A stretch of 64,000 bases of DNA from Takakia lepidozioides. Lineage: Eukaryota; Plantae; Bryophyta. The position numbers were made by a program, and so were the translations under genes. The stretch spans positions 26,474,001 through 26,538,000 of the forward strand of contig CM060732.1 of assembly GCA_030704615.1 (NCBI GenBank). Reading direction: 5' to 3'. The notes beneath the pieces are model-generated. The model searched no databases and was not told the origin of the DNA. It saw only the letters and a list, made by a program, of their open reading frames with translations. Positions 23,451 through 38,030 of this stretch are shown in pieces; the first letter of the stretch is position 1; every line of letters begins with the position of its first letter.

Positions 23451-26400
23451 CAGCTCCGCCACAAGAGGCTTTGTCCTTGCTCTTTCGGTGATTTTGGGGT
23501 TGTTGTTTTATACTTTTCCAACTGCTTCATGAATCATGCCCCTCAAACCTCCATAGACTAGGCTTAATGGATAGGCCTAGTTCTCTGTTCTCCGCCTGGG
23601 CAAGATGTCTCCACAATGCCCCTATCCCTTGCGGGAAATAGCCAACAAACACAATATTTTTGCTGAAACATGTTCTTTGTGTCGTGGCAGAAGTTGATCT
23701 GTTGGCCAAGGTGCATACTCTCCTCAAAGCAATTTTCCTGGATCTCAACCAAGATTCTAAATTATTAGTGGACAAAGTTGTACAAGAAATATAAAGAAGA
23801 TAATGATGTCAAACAATTGATGTGGTTTGGGAACATCTATCAAATGTAGAGGGTGGAATGAGATGGAACCGTGGTTGGAACATGATTCAAATTCATATCT
23901 TTTCTCATGGTCAAAATCTGTTATCTTCCCTTCAAGATCCCAAATGTTTTTTCCGCAGCCATCCGAGTGTTGGAGTGCACTCAATTAGCAGTCGAATTCC
24001 ATCAGTCATAAGTTGATTTTTTTTCTTTCAATCTGCCCCACGAAAATGTGAAAAGCCCTAATGACCGGAAACACAACAAGGCAAAAGAACTCCCATTGAA
24101 AGATGACCATGACTGCATCTTCAGCTCCCAAAAGTGTCAAGTGCCTACCTTTTCAAATGATTTGATCAAATCCATGCAATAATTTGTGTCGATACTGCTA
24201 TTTTTGAAGGAGCATCATCGGCTCCAAAAATAATTAACATGTTATATGCTTTATACGCAATTCAGCCTGCAGTGTTTTTTTTTCACTTTTCCAAAATCGC
24301 CACAAAGGCTACATGTCAATTCTATCAAGTGCCCATGTGGCGAGAGTAAGAGAAAAGTGGCTATATAACAGGTGTCACAATTTAACAGATCCACGTAGGA
24401 CAATTCTGGCTCCTGATATTTAACCGTTGGCGCTTTCTGGCGAATTTTTTGATTTTTACTCCGAAAAAAAACTCCCAAAATTCCTTTATAAAAGTAGCCG
24501 ACCCATTTTCCAGGTCGAAATCCAGATTTAAAAACACTGAAATTTGCCCGCATTTGGCCACTTTAGATTTCTATATATATATATATATATTCTCAAAGAA
24601 ACAGGGGACTTGGCCCTGGTTGGTAACTTTATTGCTGAATTATTGGAGGGAAAAAAAACCCTCCAGGCTGCCATAAGGCATATCGCATGAGAGCCATGCA
24701 AGATAACTGAAGTTCGTTACTGAGGATTCTTCCCGGATATTCCGTAAGAAGAAGTAGTGCTCTATCGGCGTGCTGCCTATTTAATATTCTATTGTCAATT
24801 AATATGTCATACCTGTTAGGTTTCTTGGACCATTTTAAATTTTGGGCAGCCCGCAGTTTTCTTAAATACCTAAGGTCAAAATTCCCGGACGTTTGACAAA
24901 TTTTCATTTGGTCGCGTACTCCAACTGCCAATGGCTGATGCTCATATTTTAGCAACACCCCTTGCAATAATACTTGCGTTGCGACAAACTTGTCACTTTT
25001 GTTTGGAGCCTTTGTAAGGGGGGTAACTTCCTACTATAACTGCCAGTTCCGGATATTACACGACTTGCAAATCTCATACCCACCGGTGATGTTTATTAAA
25101 CAAATTATAAAATCCTCATAACCTTGTGTATACCGGATCAGTGCCAGGAAGGACGGCTAGGGAAGACACAGAGAACGCAGGGATCCTCAGCTCATAACGC
25201 CAGGGAATACACCCCCAGGGATGACCCTGCCAGCCACGACCTACCCGAGTACAAGAAAGTTGGAATAGTATAGATGAATCACATTTCACATTGAAAGACA
25301 TTTCCAGCTTGGATCATTCAATTTCAGCTTGGCCGAGAAGGATATAACTTTGGACACACTGAATCAAGTACATGGAAAACGCTTCGGCCAGACACACTTA
25401 ATCACCATGTGCTTTTCAATGTAAAGGTGCTTTATGTGGCTACATGGCTTTGATGTTGTGGTGGGGTTTACACTTGCCAGGTCAGAGCCTGACAACTTAC
25501 ACCCAGTCCTCGACCAAAGTTTTAAATGCTTTAGGATGGTCTCAATCAACTGATGAATTAAGGGCTGTCACTGTCCTTCCCTAAATTTTTGGACAGAAAC
25601 TTCCCAAAGCCTAAGAACTCAATCTTGCAAATCAGTGAACAGCCACACACTTGATCACACTTTCTCTATCTCACAACATTAAAACTTGCCAGCTCTCTTA
25701 TACTGTGACACCAGCAACAAGACACGAGTATGCATCTTCCTAACATGCAGCCTTCAAAAGGCTTTACTGTGCGACAATTCGGTCACTCTAGCTCCTACAC
25801 CAGAGCATCTCTCCCAACCCTAGACACAAGCACACATGTGACTAATACATCCCTCTCTAAAGCTTTAACTCCCATCCTGCTTACCCCTGCAAAAATTTCG
25901 TTGGGCCACCACAGCCTTGTACCATTACTCGTCAGTAACATGCAGAGACCATGGCGTTCACTTGCTCCTTTCACAGGTTGTATGCCATAGGTTTCTTCAA
26001 CGGCAACTCTAGATAAGAAAGGGTTCTTCTATGCGGTAGATATGGGAAGTGGTTATTCCACTATGGACTAATCACTCTCCTGAAACAAAGTTGAAGGCTG
26101 AAGCTTGGAAAGACAAGGTTTTGCAGCTTAAATGACAGCCACGAGCTGTTGGAGAGATTAGTCTTCACATGGACAAAGGAAGGATCCCATGATGGTTCTT
26201 GGAGGTTGGTGAAGAAATTTATGCTTTTGCATCCTTGACATACTTTTTGTTCTTTAGCTCGTCAGCGTTTATCACATCCTTGATTCCTGGAAAATCAACC
26301 AAGTCATCATCCCTTAAACAAATGCATGCATGCAACAAGGAGATGCAAATACAAAACACTTCAGATGATACATTATTACTGTTCCCTTTCAAGCCATGCA

Positions 26401-26597
26401 CTGCAAATTTTGATTAGTAGCTACTTGAGTAGTACATTCTGCATAAACCTGCTCAACTTTCAAAAATTTGAAATTTGGTGGCCCCACAACTTCAATCTGT
26501 TCAAAAAGCAAAAACATGCACCCAGATAGGAAGACGCGAAGTACCACAGGCAGTAGAATCATCAGAAAGGGGGCGAAGCACATCAAAAGTGCTGGCG

Positions 26598-29500
26598 TCA
26601 GTTCTGTATGCTGCTGCTCCTGGGGAAGTTCACCACCTTCCCAATCGCTACCGTCTTCCCTGCGAGACCGAAAAGCTTGCCAATCATCACATGGTCCTCC
26701 AGAAAACCCATAGTGACATTCAAATCCTATAACCTCTGATTCAAGTGGAAACTAACTAAAAGCAAATAAGAAGCTTCAATCAGTGGCCACGACAGGCAAG
26801 AGTAATTTCTGTAGTTTCGTAAACAACACACCCAGTAAAATCATGGAGTACCTTCGTCACGCAGAGTGAACCGCCCAAGCTGAGGGAAATCTTCAAATTT
26901 CTCCACACATATCAGTTCATTGACCTGCAAGTAGGGAATACGAAATGAGATCCTCTCAACTTGCTGCTCATCGAACATCAACCCTGCGAAAACATTCACC
27001 CATGTAAAGTTGAGACATGCATGCTGGAACTAACTGCATGGCTTGTTAAGAAAAACAGGGTTTAGAAATGACATGTAAGTGTTACATCAATATTCCACAT
27101 GTACAAGGGGAAAATGTGAAGGAAACAAACAAGAGCCCAACCTAGCTGTTCTCCGACGAGGTACCCCCCAGAAATGATGAGCAGGTCAAAGTATCAGACA
27201 GGACTAGCTAGTGCTGCCTCAGTGGTGGAAAATACCCACCTGGATACGAACAACCACAACAGCTCCACTTTTCACAAACAAAATCTTTTTCTTTAAGGGT
27301 TTCTTGGTCTTTGGATCAATTTGATGCAGTAGGCCCATGATCTCACATTCTTCAACAACAGAATGTATGTGCAGCACAGCCTTGTACCCTGCCGTGAATA
27401 TAGCCTGTCCCAAACCAGTCATTCAATCAGTTCAAGTCCCACAAGAACAGGAATAACCGTCCGCCATTCGCATACCCAGAACTGAGGCTTGCCTTTCATG
27501 ACAGACTCAGTTTCACGCCCCTTGACAAGGGACTGTGTTGGTCACCTGTTGCTTGTCACAAGTGATCATTATTTGAGATGGAGGCCTCGGCACAATGCAA
27601 CCTGCAAATGGAGCACTACATAGTAGGCCTGCATTTGTAACCATACCTTTGGGGGAAGAGAAGACAAGGATCTGCGACCAACATACAGTCCACTCATTTT
27701 CGCTCTCATAAATCCCACTTCGCCCTTGAAGATTTTAGCCTCAAGCACTCCACCAGATGTACTAGCAACATAAACAACAAACACAGCACACTAGCCCTGA
27801 AAGCTTGGTATAGAAAAGGCCTAGCATTTTCAGTTTATCCAGAGTGCAAGACCAAGAAGGATTCTTGTTAGTGTGCGAGTCTTCTTTGCACCAGATAACC
27901 CTACACTCTCTTTGTGCCAGACCGTTACTTGCTACAGAAGGATGTGCTACCTTGTGGTCAAGAAGCTCCAGTATTTGCAGCTGCGCATCGAACTCCAGAA
28001 CAGCGGGGATTGGCCTGTCTGCAAACTCAGCAAACCTGTGTCAAAGGTCTGACAGGGAGTCTCCACAGAATAGGCCACTAATTACCCGAGTCCAAGGGAA
28101 AGTAAGAACCACTTATCCACAAGAATAACACCATAAATGAACCTCAACTAGCAGCAGACCATCTAAATTGACAATATATTGGGAGGCGATAGATGGAAAG
28201 TTAGTAAAGTACTTACTCACGCTTGATAGCACAAACCCTGAAGAAATTTCTTCCTCCTCAACTCCAGATAGCCGGATGCGCAAATTCTCACCAGGCCTAG
28301 CATAGTTTACCTCATCGTTGTCACGATAAACTGTCACTACTTTCACCGTCGCCTGCTTCACCACTTAGGAGTAGTCAGAGTATGCAGTTGTATGCACTCA
28401 TCGATAAAATTGTACAGATGAAGTTCAATGCACCCACAAGGGCAAGAAGAAACCAAGCTTGACCATATACTTGGAGAAGGTCAAGGTATTGTTTACCTTA
28501 TTTGGCATAATGATAAGATTGTCCCCTCGTCGCACACTACCAGACTCAATCTTGCCCATCACTACTGTTCCCATGTCCCTGAACTTATCAATCAATGGCA
28601 TCCTGCAGAGACATCCCAGGCACACCATTCTGAGGGAATGAAACAGTGGGGAACAAAAGAGATGAAATCCTATTAGATGCATCTGTTTATTGTTCAAAGG
28701 TAGACAAACTCAACCTACAGTCACCAACAAACTCAACCTATAGTTTGGACAATTATCTGCAATCCACTTGTTACAGACGCCCAAAGCTCTCATAACCTTG
28801 ACTCCTTGAGAACAGCAGGAAACAGGTAAGAGGCCTGTGTACAAATCATCAAATCCAAAACAAAGAGAACATTGGACTCTGTTGTTAAGTACAGAATGTC
28901 TGGCGCAAAATCACAGGAGTTAAAAGAGAGACCTGAAAGGTCCAGTAGGGTCTCGGTCAGGAAGCTCCACAGCATCAAGGGCATCAAACAGGCAGGGTCC
29001 ATCCCACCATGGGCACATAGTTTTTGGAATTCTAGACTTCATGTTATGTCCGTACAACCCTGAGATTGGCAAAAACTGCACATCTGCAGCTCACACACCG
29101 CAGTCAGCAGCTACCACTCCCTCCCTGTCGCAAACATCCCTTCCTTTCTCCCACAGTGACAAAGGAATAGCCCATAGTGACAATAACACGCATATCATGC
29201 TCTCCACCGAAACGCTATGAAGATGATGTCTCTGCGGTAAAAACTATCAACTGGATTACCAGATTGCACACCCATACACTGCTCAACACAAACAGTTGGC
29301 TAGAAATTAGACAAAGGATACACACCTTTCTTCACATTGTAACCACATGTCTTCAGAAAGGGAACCATCTTCTTCTCAATCTCATCAAACCTGTCAACCA
29401 AGATATGCCAATGCTCTGTCAGCAAACTAACTGTTTCAGCGAGAATATATCCATGCTTGACTGGTTGCAGCTCATTCATGCTTACTGCAACAAATTCACG

Positions 29501-31360
29501 TCTAATTCTCACCTCTAGAAAACCAACAAAATAGTGGCACTGTTCTCTCATAGGTTTGTTTAGCACTTCCACCTACTCTGGCACCACCAAACCTGGCGGT
29601 GATAAGCACGATGACGAACAGAAGTGTAGTATTGCTCCTCAAAATTGTAATTAGAACTTTAGAATGCTCTAGCACAACCATCGTGGTCTAACAGCAAAAG
29701 CACTACAGCTGGACTTTATACTAAATACCTATGGATGCATTTGCATTCCTAGGAGCAGTTGAGAGAGTACAGGATGGTGCCAGGGCGAACTCACCTTTCC
29801 TTTGACCATTCGACAGACGGATCATCCATCTTGTTTACAACCACCAGCAGCTTTGAGACACCTAATGTTTTGGCAAGCTGTGCATGCTCCCGAGTCTGCC
29901 CTCCTCTCTCAAACCCAGTCTCAAACTCTCCTTTTCGTGCTGCTATCACCTGAATTAAGAAAGCCAGCAGAGCAGGGGGCAGGGTGAAGACCTGGATCAT
30001 GTTTAGAATTTAAAATGCTGATCCCTCTACGAAAACCAGACCCAGAACAACATCGTCTAAATCATATGGGTCTCTCTTTCTCGCACATGAAAAGTTGCTA
30101 CAATTTCAGTAAGCTTCGAGGATAAACTTACCAAAACTCCAACGTCAGCCTGAGATGCACCACTAATCATGTTGGGCACGTAATTTTTGTGGCCCTGCAA
30201 CACACACCAAACACAAGAATTGCAACCATGCTCATCATCACAGAACATTCATATCAACTATGCCCACCATGTCATAACTCCAAGAAATAAACATGAGCCA
30301 GAAAAATTGTGCAAGGTTGTCTATCCCGAATCAATGAATTTTTATGACTAACAAGTTCCCATATTATGAAGTGAAAAATCTAATAAACATGACCCCACAT
30401 GCCAGCCAACCCCATCTCATACGTTGCCCATTCCAATGCACCCAAAATACAGGATGATTACAGAGTAGGTAATCCAGGGTATATTGCTAGTCATTTGTGT
30501 TCTACATGGTCCTTTCAAAGTATAATGAAACCACATCACATGAGCCACAAGACGCAAAGGATGGAGTGCTTACAGGGGCATCCAGGATGGTGAAACGTGT
30601 TTTCAAAGTTTCAAAATGCGCTCTGCCAACTTCCACTGTCTTGCCCTGCAACGATCACCAAGAAAACTTGTTATTGAGAAAATACATTTAGCAAACACCA
30701 GTTCTACCAGAAAACACCAGAGATACAGCAGAGGCTTTTTACTGCAGAAATATCCAAACAGTGATCTACTTCTCCTGACATTTCCTCAACTGCTGTAGGG
30801 TAGACCTCAGCACCTAGGGCCAGAATACGGAACTCAAAACTTGACAACAAGACAAACTGATCTACCCAGCTTTTTTGAGCTGCTAACTCTACTCACTGAC
30901 AACTGGCAAATCTCTTGGAAGCTGACTGCTCCATACACATCATGGTAGAGCATGAAAATCTCCACTAAGTAGTCGAAGGTCTTAGCATCTACAAATTAAG
31001 GTCTGTATGGTCCTCCACATTCACAGACAGTGCCCCTAAGGAGAATGTACTAACTTTTAGATCTGAAATTGAGCTGCTGATATACTCAGTACATAAAACA
31101 GAGAAAAGGTTACCTTAGCTCGCTCCTCTTCATTGGTATCCATAATGTAGGCCATATACCTGATCATGATGCAAAACCATCAAAACGCATATTCTCTTAA
31201 GACTCTTGAAGAATAACAAGAGTTGCCTAAACATTGCCTTCTATCTGCTCAAAAGCACTACCACTGATCATCCCTGCACAAATTGCTACACTGCACACTT
31301 GCTCCCTTCCCATCCTCAATCGTAGTCACAAGACCATGGCCTTTGTTTCTTCTTCCATTC

Positions 31361-31415
<55 letters not shown>

Positions 31416-34294
31416 TCACTCGCACAAGGAAAAGAGCATGAAAAAGCAGCCCCACCCACCTGCCCTCTGCAAACAGGCAACATGATCCACATATTTGGAT
31501 GTCCAAAAGGCAGAGAAGTGATCCCAACATGACAAGCAGCATAGATTTCCTTAATTTGCATCATCCATAATCAGACCTATTGCATCATCTAATGTAACAC
31601 AATTACCCTAAGAGGGTCATGCTTAGGGCTGAGGTTGCAACAGCAGGGAATAAGATTGAAGAGCTATAACTTGTCTTACGCTCCTCCATCGAACTCCAGC
31701 TCTTGGTTTACCATGGGTCCTCTACATCCTGGCCAGTTTGTGCTTAACCTTCCTGGTAGTTAATAGAACTGACCCTGAGCTGCTGCATAACACCTCTGGT
31801 GAAGAGCATAGAAATTAAGGATATAAAAGGTAACGACTCTGAACTCACCAACTCTCCCTGTTCTTATCTTTTGCCTCACGCTCGTACTTCTGAATAGTGC
31901 GTTCATCCACCATGTTGCTCAAATACAGGATCTGACCTCCAATGGTTGACTTCCCAGCATCTGCAGTGCAGCCAATTGCATATCAGGTACTTCCCTTAGC
32001 AAGAAATTCTGCAGCTCTACAACAACAGGTTGGGTCAAGTCCATCTTGCAGTAACCTCCACACATCCACAATAACATGGTAAGACCTGAACCAATGGTTT
32101 TTATGTCTTTAGGATACCACTCTGTCATTTTGTGGGGAAAGAATTGGCCTGCTACAAGGAAGCACTTTGAATAAGACCCCTGGTCAAGTGGGTATGTTGG
32201 TCACGATCATCATCATCCCGAGCAAACAAATTCCATGAACCATGCGCAATGGGGAATCTGCTTACCAACATGCCCGATAAACACAACATTGAGGTGTTGC
32301 CGCGTATCAATATCTTCCTCCAATGCCTCAGCAGGCTTGTCCCTTGAATCCAATTCATGACCTCGATCCTCAAGCTCTTCATCTGCACTCCCAACTATTC
32401 AGGATGTGAAGAAAAATCAGGATACCAACTGCAAGTGCAATCTACAATGAGCTCCAGCAGACAGCTCTGTTTGCTGACACTTCATAATCTCTCCTTCTAG
32501 ACTCTTTTAGGATACATAACATGCTTTACTTCCAATGATATCGTAACAAAATAATCGTGCCTCATGTCTGCAACTAAACATGCTCGCCAACTTCAACTTC
32601 AAACGCTTTGTAAAGCATTGGATGCAGGTACCTTGACAAAATCTATGCAAAAACTGAACATCCAAACATTCAGTGTGTTGATCAGAAAATCAAAATACAA
32701 CCTTGAAATGCAATCTATGATGAGCCCCAGAGGACACGCATGTTTATTGATCATTTTGATCTCTAGACTTATGTTACTCAAACTTTGTCGGGGTAAATTG
32801 TATGCTTTACTTTCAATGTTGTCTGGAACTAAACAACCGTGCCTGATGTCCACAACGAAACACCTGCGCCGCCTTGCAAAGCATTGGAAGTAAAGCTCTG
32901 ACAGAAGCCAGTACAACTCCGAGAATGATAGCTAGTAGTTGAGGTAAACTGTTAGTCATATAATCAGTTGTAAGAGCAAGAGCTGGCTCAAGTGTTCCTC
33001 AACTGTGCCATAGTCCATTGATCCACTAATACTAAGGTCCAAGTACACATCCACTGCAAGACTTCACCAGATGTGCCGGTAAGGTATGGACTCCAATTAC
33101 CTTGGACAGGCTTGGGATCTTTAATCTCCAGTGCAGCCAATTCAGCCACGCTGTCAACCTCATGGTCTGCATCAAAAGCAGACTACTCAGATACTAATCA
33201 GCAAAAGTCAATTACATCATCAACGTATGCTGGTCACAATCTCAAATCCTCTCGTAATTGGAACCATACACAGTCTCCATTGCTCTCAAGTAGTTTGGCA
33301 AACATCTTTCCTAGAAGATAGCAAGCAAGTCATTTACCCGTATAATTTTCAAAATATCTCCGTACTTACAATTAAAGGTAACCAATAGAAAAGTACTGAG
33401 AAGATCTGATCCATGGTTAGAGGGATATTCAGCAGAGAAACCAGAAACAAACAGCAAATGAAAGAAAAACAGAGACAAGAAGTAAGCAAATCAGCACATT
33501 CAGAGTTCCATCCGATAGAGACCTAGGCAAATAGAACGCAAAGAATTTTCTTAGAGAAGCAACTCACAAACTAGCAACGATATCTTTCACCTCCAAACAA
33601 CAGCATGATGTGCCGAATTCAACAGCTGCTAAGCGGTGAATGACGGACTCCATCACGCAGAGCCCGATGTTTGGACATCACTCTCTCAGATCAAAGCCTA
33701 TCCCCTCATTCACACCATACATAAAAAACAGAACTGTCGGTTGTCGCCAAGGGTAAACACCGTAAGTCAGTACATACCCTCAACGGGGCCGTTATTCTGC
33801 GATGCGTCCTCCGCCTCGATCTTATCCTCTGCCTCCTTCTCAACTTCAATAGCATCCTCCTTTTGGGAATCTATAATCAGGACCTTATCCTCCACCTTAT
33901 GAGATGCAAGAGGCTCAGAAACAGCAATGGAGGATCCTACAGCCGCAGGCGGGGCATTCGAGTTCACACCACCCATAGCCGCCAAGGCTGATGCACCCGA
34001 AACAAATGGAGTATCGAAAGCAGGGCGATTCCCTGAACCAGGGTTTGCCGCAAGAAATGGGGGGACAGTGGCTGGTGCAGCGTGCACAGCCAAAGGGGCT
34101 GGACAGTCAGGTATATCTGCAGATGCGATGTCATGCACAGGTTTAGGGTGGAAGGGAGTGAAAGATGCTGCCGATGGATTAAATCTAAAGGAAGGCGCAT
34201 TTGCATTCAGCTTTGCTCCTGCAGCCGGAGCCGCATCCGTCCGTACTGGTGCCCCTCCCTCTTCCATGTCCTCCCAGGAATCTGGCTCCGCCAT
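26598..34294 (-). CDS. eRF3: Eukaryotic peptide chain release factor GTP-binding subunit eRF3 (SUP35/GSPT), about 16 coding exons
   Basis: Exons encode HLNVVFIGHVD/AGKSTIGG, YMAYIMDTNEEERAK, GKTVEVGRAHFET..FTILDAP, GHKNYVPNMISGASQAD, GEFETGFERGGQTREH, VVNKMDD, FPQLGRFTLRDE and GKTVAIGKV. ATG at 34294, TGA at 26598-26600. Confidence 0.95.
31365..31415. repeat. Compound (CT)n(CA)n microsatellite in an eRF3 intron
   Basis: Read directly from the sequence. Confidence 0.95.
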
Positions 34295-34899
34295 GGCGTG
34301 CCCGTGTGCAATCGATGGCAAGCAGCAGCAGCGATCGCTAGCGCTCTTGAAGAAGAAGGGAACTACTTACGCCTTGAGCTTCTCTTCCCTTTAGGGTTTA
34401 CTCCTTGTCCCCTCTTCTCTCTACCTTCTCATATTAGATGTACCCTATTCTTGTACCTATTGCCTATATAGGTGTCAAGAGCTATTTTATTTTTTATTTT
34501 TTTAAACGATTAAAATCTATATAAATGTAGTAACACCGTCCTAGACGGACATAGGACGATCAGTAACTGAAATAGAAAAATAGAAAACAATTATGGGTGA
34601 AGGCTATTTTTTCCTTGCTCTTTTTGTTGGCTCCTCAAAAAGGGAGAGACCACGCATTGGTGCCAAAAATGAGTAAGATCCTGATATACCTCCACTAGAT
34701 AGTACCTACATGAAGCACATAACCCTCCCCCACTTAAATATTAACTTGAATGTACCTTGACTGGATAAGACCCAAACATGAATCTTACATATGTAAATAT
34801 TCATAAATAAAGACCCATAAATAAAGGGTATATAGTATAGGTATATGGATAGACATACAGTATTTATATTTTCCTATGTTTCTACGTTTCTACCTCTGT

Positions 34900-35510
34900 C
34901 TGCTCAGCGGCAGCGTGGTGGTTCTCACAGACCAATCCGACATTACCTGACGACAGACACAAGCAGCACACACAAGAGGTCTTTTTGGGTTGATGGTCGA
35001 TCAAATCCTTCATGGGTCATGACACAAGGTCAAGGACAATGTGGTGAGGCACCTTCTTTTTCGACCTATTTCAGCCTGTTTTGCCCTCTCATCAGACTCG
35101 GCCCTGAGATGCATATCGAATTTTGTAAGTATCTCGTTGGGTGGATCTGTGGTGGTTAGACTCGGCCCTGAGATGCATATCGAATTCTGTAAGTAGCTCG
35201 TTGGGTGGATCTGTGGTGGTTAGAGCATGCCGTGTTTCTATCTCTGCCGCTCAGCGGCACCGTGGTGGTTCTCCCAGACCAATCCGGCATTACTTGACTA
35301 CAGACACAAGCAGCACACACAAGAGGTCATCTTGGGTTCTTGGTCAGTCAAATCCTCCATGGGTCATGACACAAGGTCGAGGACAATGTGGTGAGGCACC
35401 TTCTTCTTCGACCTATTTCAGCCTGTTTTGCCCTCTCATCAGACTCGGCCCTGAATGTGCATATCGAATTCTGTAAGTAGCTCATTGGGTGGATCTGTGG
35501 TGGTTTGGAG
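34900..35510 (+). repeat. ~260-bp direct duplication with an internal ~62-bp duplication
   Basis: GCTCAGCGGCA.CGTGGTGGTTCTC...GGATCTGTGGTGGTT at ~34901 and ~35249; AGACTCGGCCCTGAGATGCATATCGAATT repeated at ~35094 and ~35158. Confidence 0.85.
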
Positions 35511-38030
35511 TGACTTTGACAAGTTGCTGCCGATGTGACAGCAGGAAAGTACCCAAAAACAGATAACAGAGATTTGCAGTACCTGTGTGAAATGGTCAGG
35601 TAGTTTAGGTTGATGGTGATCTCCAGTTTGCATCATTTGTCAAACAAGGGTGCATGTCCATAAATGGAAAATGGTGAGTATGGGGGGTGAGGAGATGGCT
35701 GTGAAGGTGTGGAATGTTGTCCCCTGTTGCGTTAAGATGAGGTATGAAGTTTGTGAAAGAGAGACTGCTTGCAAGTTTGTTGTTCAACTCTTGTTTTTCT
35801 TACTGCAGGAAGCTTTGTGGAGGGATGAAGGCCGGAGTTATCAGTGAGATAATGATCAGTTGTTTGAGAGGTGGCAATCCAGGGAAGAAATAGATGGGCT
35901 AGATCAGGATGGCCCCCCAATACTTGGAGACAAATGCAACACGACCACCACAAGGAAATAAAGTAAGATAAGATGCGATGTCATTTTGAAGGTTGATGTC
36001 AAGATCAGGAGAGTCTGGAATGGTGCTTTTACAAGAAAATATGTTTGTTTGGGAACATGTTTCAAACTGATGAAATGTCAACAGTGGGGTTCAACCAAAA
36101 GTCACATTCTTTGCCTTCATTGCTAGCCTCGGTGGACCTATGCAGTGAGTTGTAACAGCATTACCAAAACCACCTTGTTCTAGTTGTACGCCATTTCACA
36201 CTTATGACCACATGCTGGGTGGGTGGATGGGCGGGTGCATATAAACACTACATGGGACTGGTGTGATATGAGTTGGGCATTGACCCAGAATTAGCCATTG
36301 GGAGCCCAGCGGCTTAACCAGGGTGTCTGCTCTGTTGGGCAGACTACAGGAGCAATTTGCGGACAGAAGGAAATGCTGAAGCATTGAAGAGGTATCAGCT
36401 CTGGAACCTTTGAACTGAGATGTGTTCATTAATGTTAATGTCAGAAGATGCAAGGAAGTGAACATGCAAGAGAGGCTCAGAAACAAAGTGAGAAAATCGC
36501 AGACCCTGCAAATGCTGGCTATGTGGTATCTTGGCATGGTTTTCGTAGGTCATGCACCTTCCTGCTACATTACCATTCTAAAATTTCTCTTGTTTAATTT
36601 TACATCAAAGCTTTTACTCAGCTTTAGAATGAACACTTTTCCAACCCCAGTCAATGGTGGGACAATGGAGGCAAAAAGGTGCATGCCTGTTGGATTACAG
36701 AAAAGCTGATGCAATTTAGAATTGGACTCTACTGTAATAAGTAGGGTTGGGGTGTTTGCTGGAAGAACTTCACGTCGTGCTGAAGGAGCGGGGATAGAGT
36801 GTGGGTCCAGATTCATCCAAGAGGGCCGGATTTGAAGCTCCAGATTATCTATGATTCCCTGTGGAAGGATAGCTACAAGAAACCTACATGGGTAGATGTG
36901 TCAACTGGAAGCCACAGCAGCAGCGGCACAATTGATGAAATCAGGCACTGCTACTCAAGGCACCTTCTTCAACACATTTCACTATGTTTTCCCCTCTTAT
37001 CAGATATCAGAGTCGGCCTTAAATTTTCATGTTGAATTCTGCAAGTTAGCTAGTTGAGTGAATCTTTGATAGTTTGGAGTGATTTTTACATCATACTGCC
37101 AATGTGGTCAGGAAAGTATCCAAAAACAGGTAAGAGAGACGAGAAGCTGTGGAATGAATATTTTTCTGACCCCAATCAATGGTGGGACAATCGAGGCAAA
37201 AAGGTGAATGCCTGTTGGAAGCAATGCAAGTAGCATAGGAACTAGTGTGATATATAGGGTTTGGGTGTTTCCTAGAAAAAATCTAGGCTGTTATTGTCAA
37301 CTGCTAGCAGCACGGCAAGGATGTATGCATGATTTGTGCAGAGGCATTGATAGCTGAAGATAAAGGGATAGAGTGTGGGTCCCAATTCATCCAAGAGGGC
37401 CAGATTTCAAGCACAAGATTACCTATGAATCCCTGTGGATCAATCGCTACAAGAAAGCTGCATGGGTAGATAGTCAACTGGAAGCCACAGCAGCAGCGGC
37501 ACAATTGATAAAATCAGGCACTGCTAATGAAGACACCTTCTTCAACACATTTGACCCTGTTTCCCCTCTTAGCAGAATTGGTCTAAATTTCCATTTTGAA
37601 TTCTTCAAGTTAGCTGGTTGAGTGAATCTAGTTTGGAGTGACTTTGACATGATACTGCCAATGTGACAACAGGAAAGTATCCAAAAACAGGTAACAGAAT
37701 TGAGGAGAAGCTGTGGAATGAATACTTTTCTGACCCCAGTAAATGGTGGGACAACCCAGACAAAAAGGTGAATGCCCGTCAGATTACCAGATGTCATTCT
37801 GAACACTGTCCTGGTGGATATGTATGCCAAATGTGGGGGCATCAAGGATGCAAAAGGAGTGTTCAACACTATGCAGGCTGAACAAGATGTGGTGTCGTGG
37901 AGTGCGATGCTTGCAGGGTATGCAGAGCAGGAGCGCGAAATTGAGGCTTTAGAGACCCATGAGCAAATGATGGGGGGAAGGGGTGAAGCCCGACCTCATA
38001 ACGTTTGTATGCGTTTGCAATGCTGAGAGC
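34900..38030 (+). pseudogene. Degenerate gene with repeated OSB-type PDF ssDNA-binding motifs followed by PLS-class PPR repeats
   Basis: LWNEYFSDPNQWWDNRGKK / IHPRGPDFKHKITYESLWINRYKKAAWVDSQL in several copies, then DVILNTVLVDMYAKCGGIKDAKGVFNTM..DVVSWSAMLAGYA...GVKPDLITF; multiple stops and frameshifts. Confidence 0.7.
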
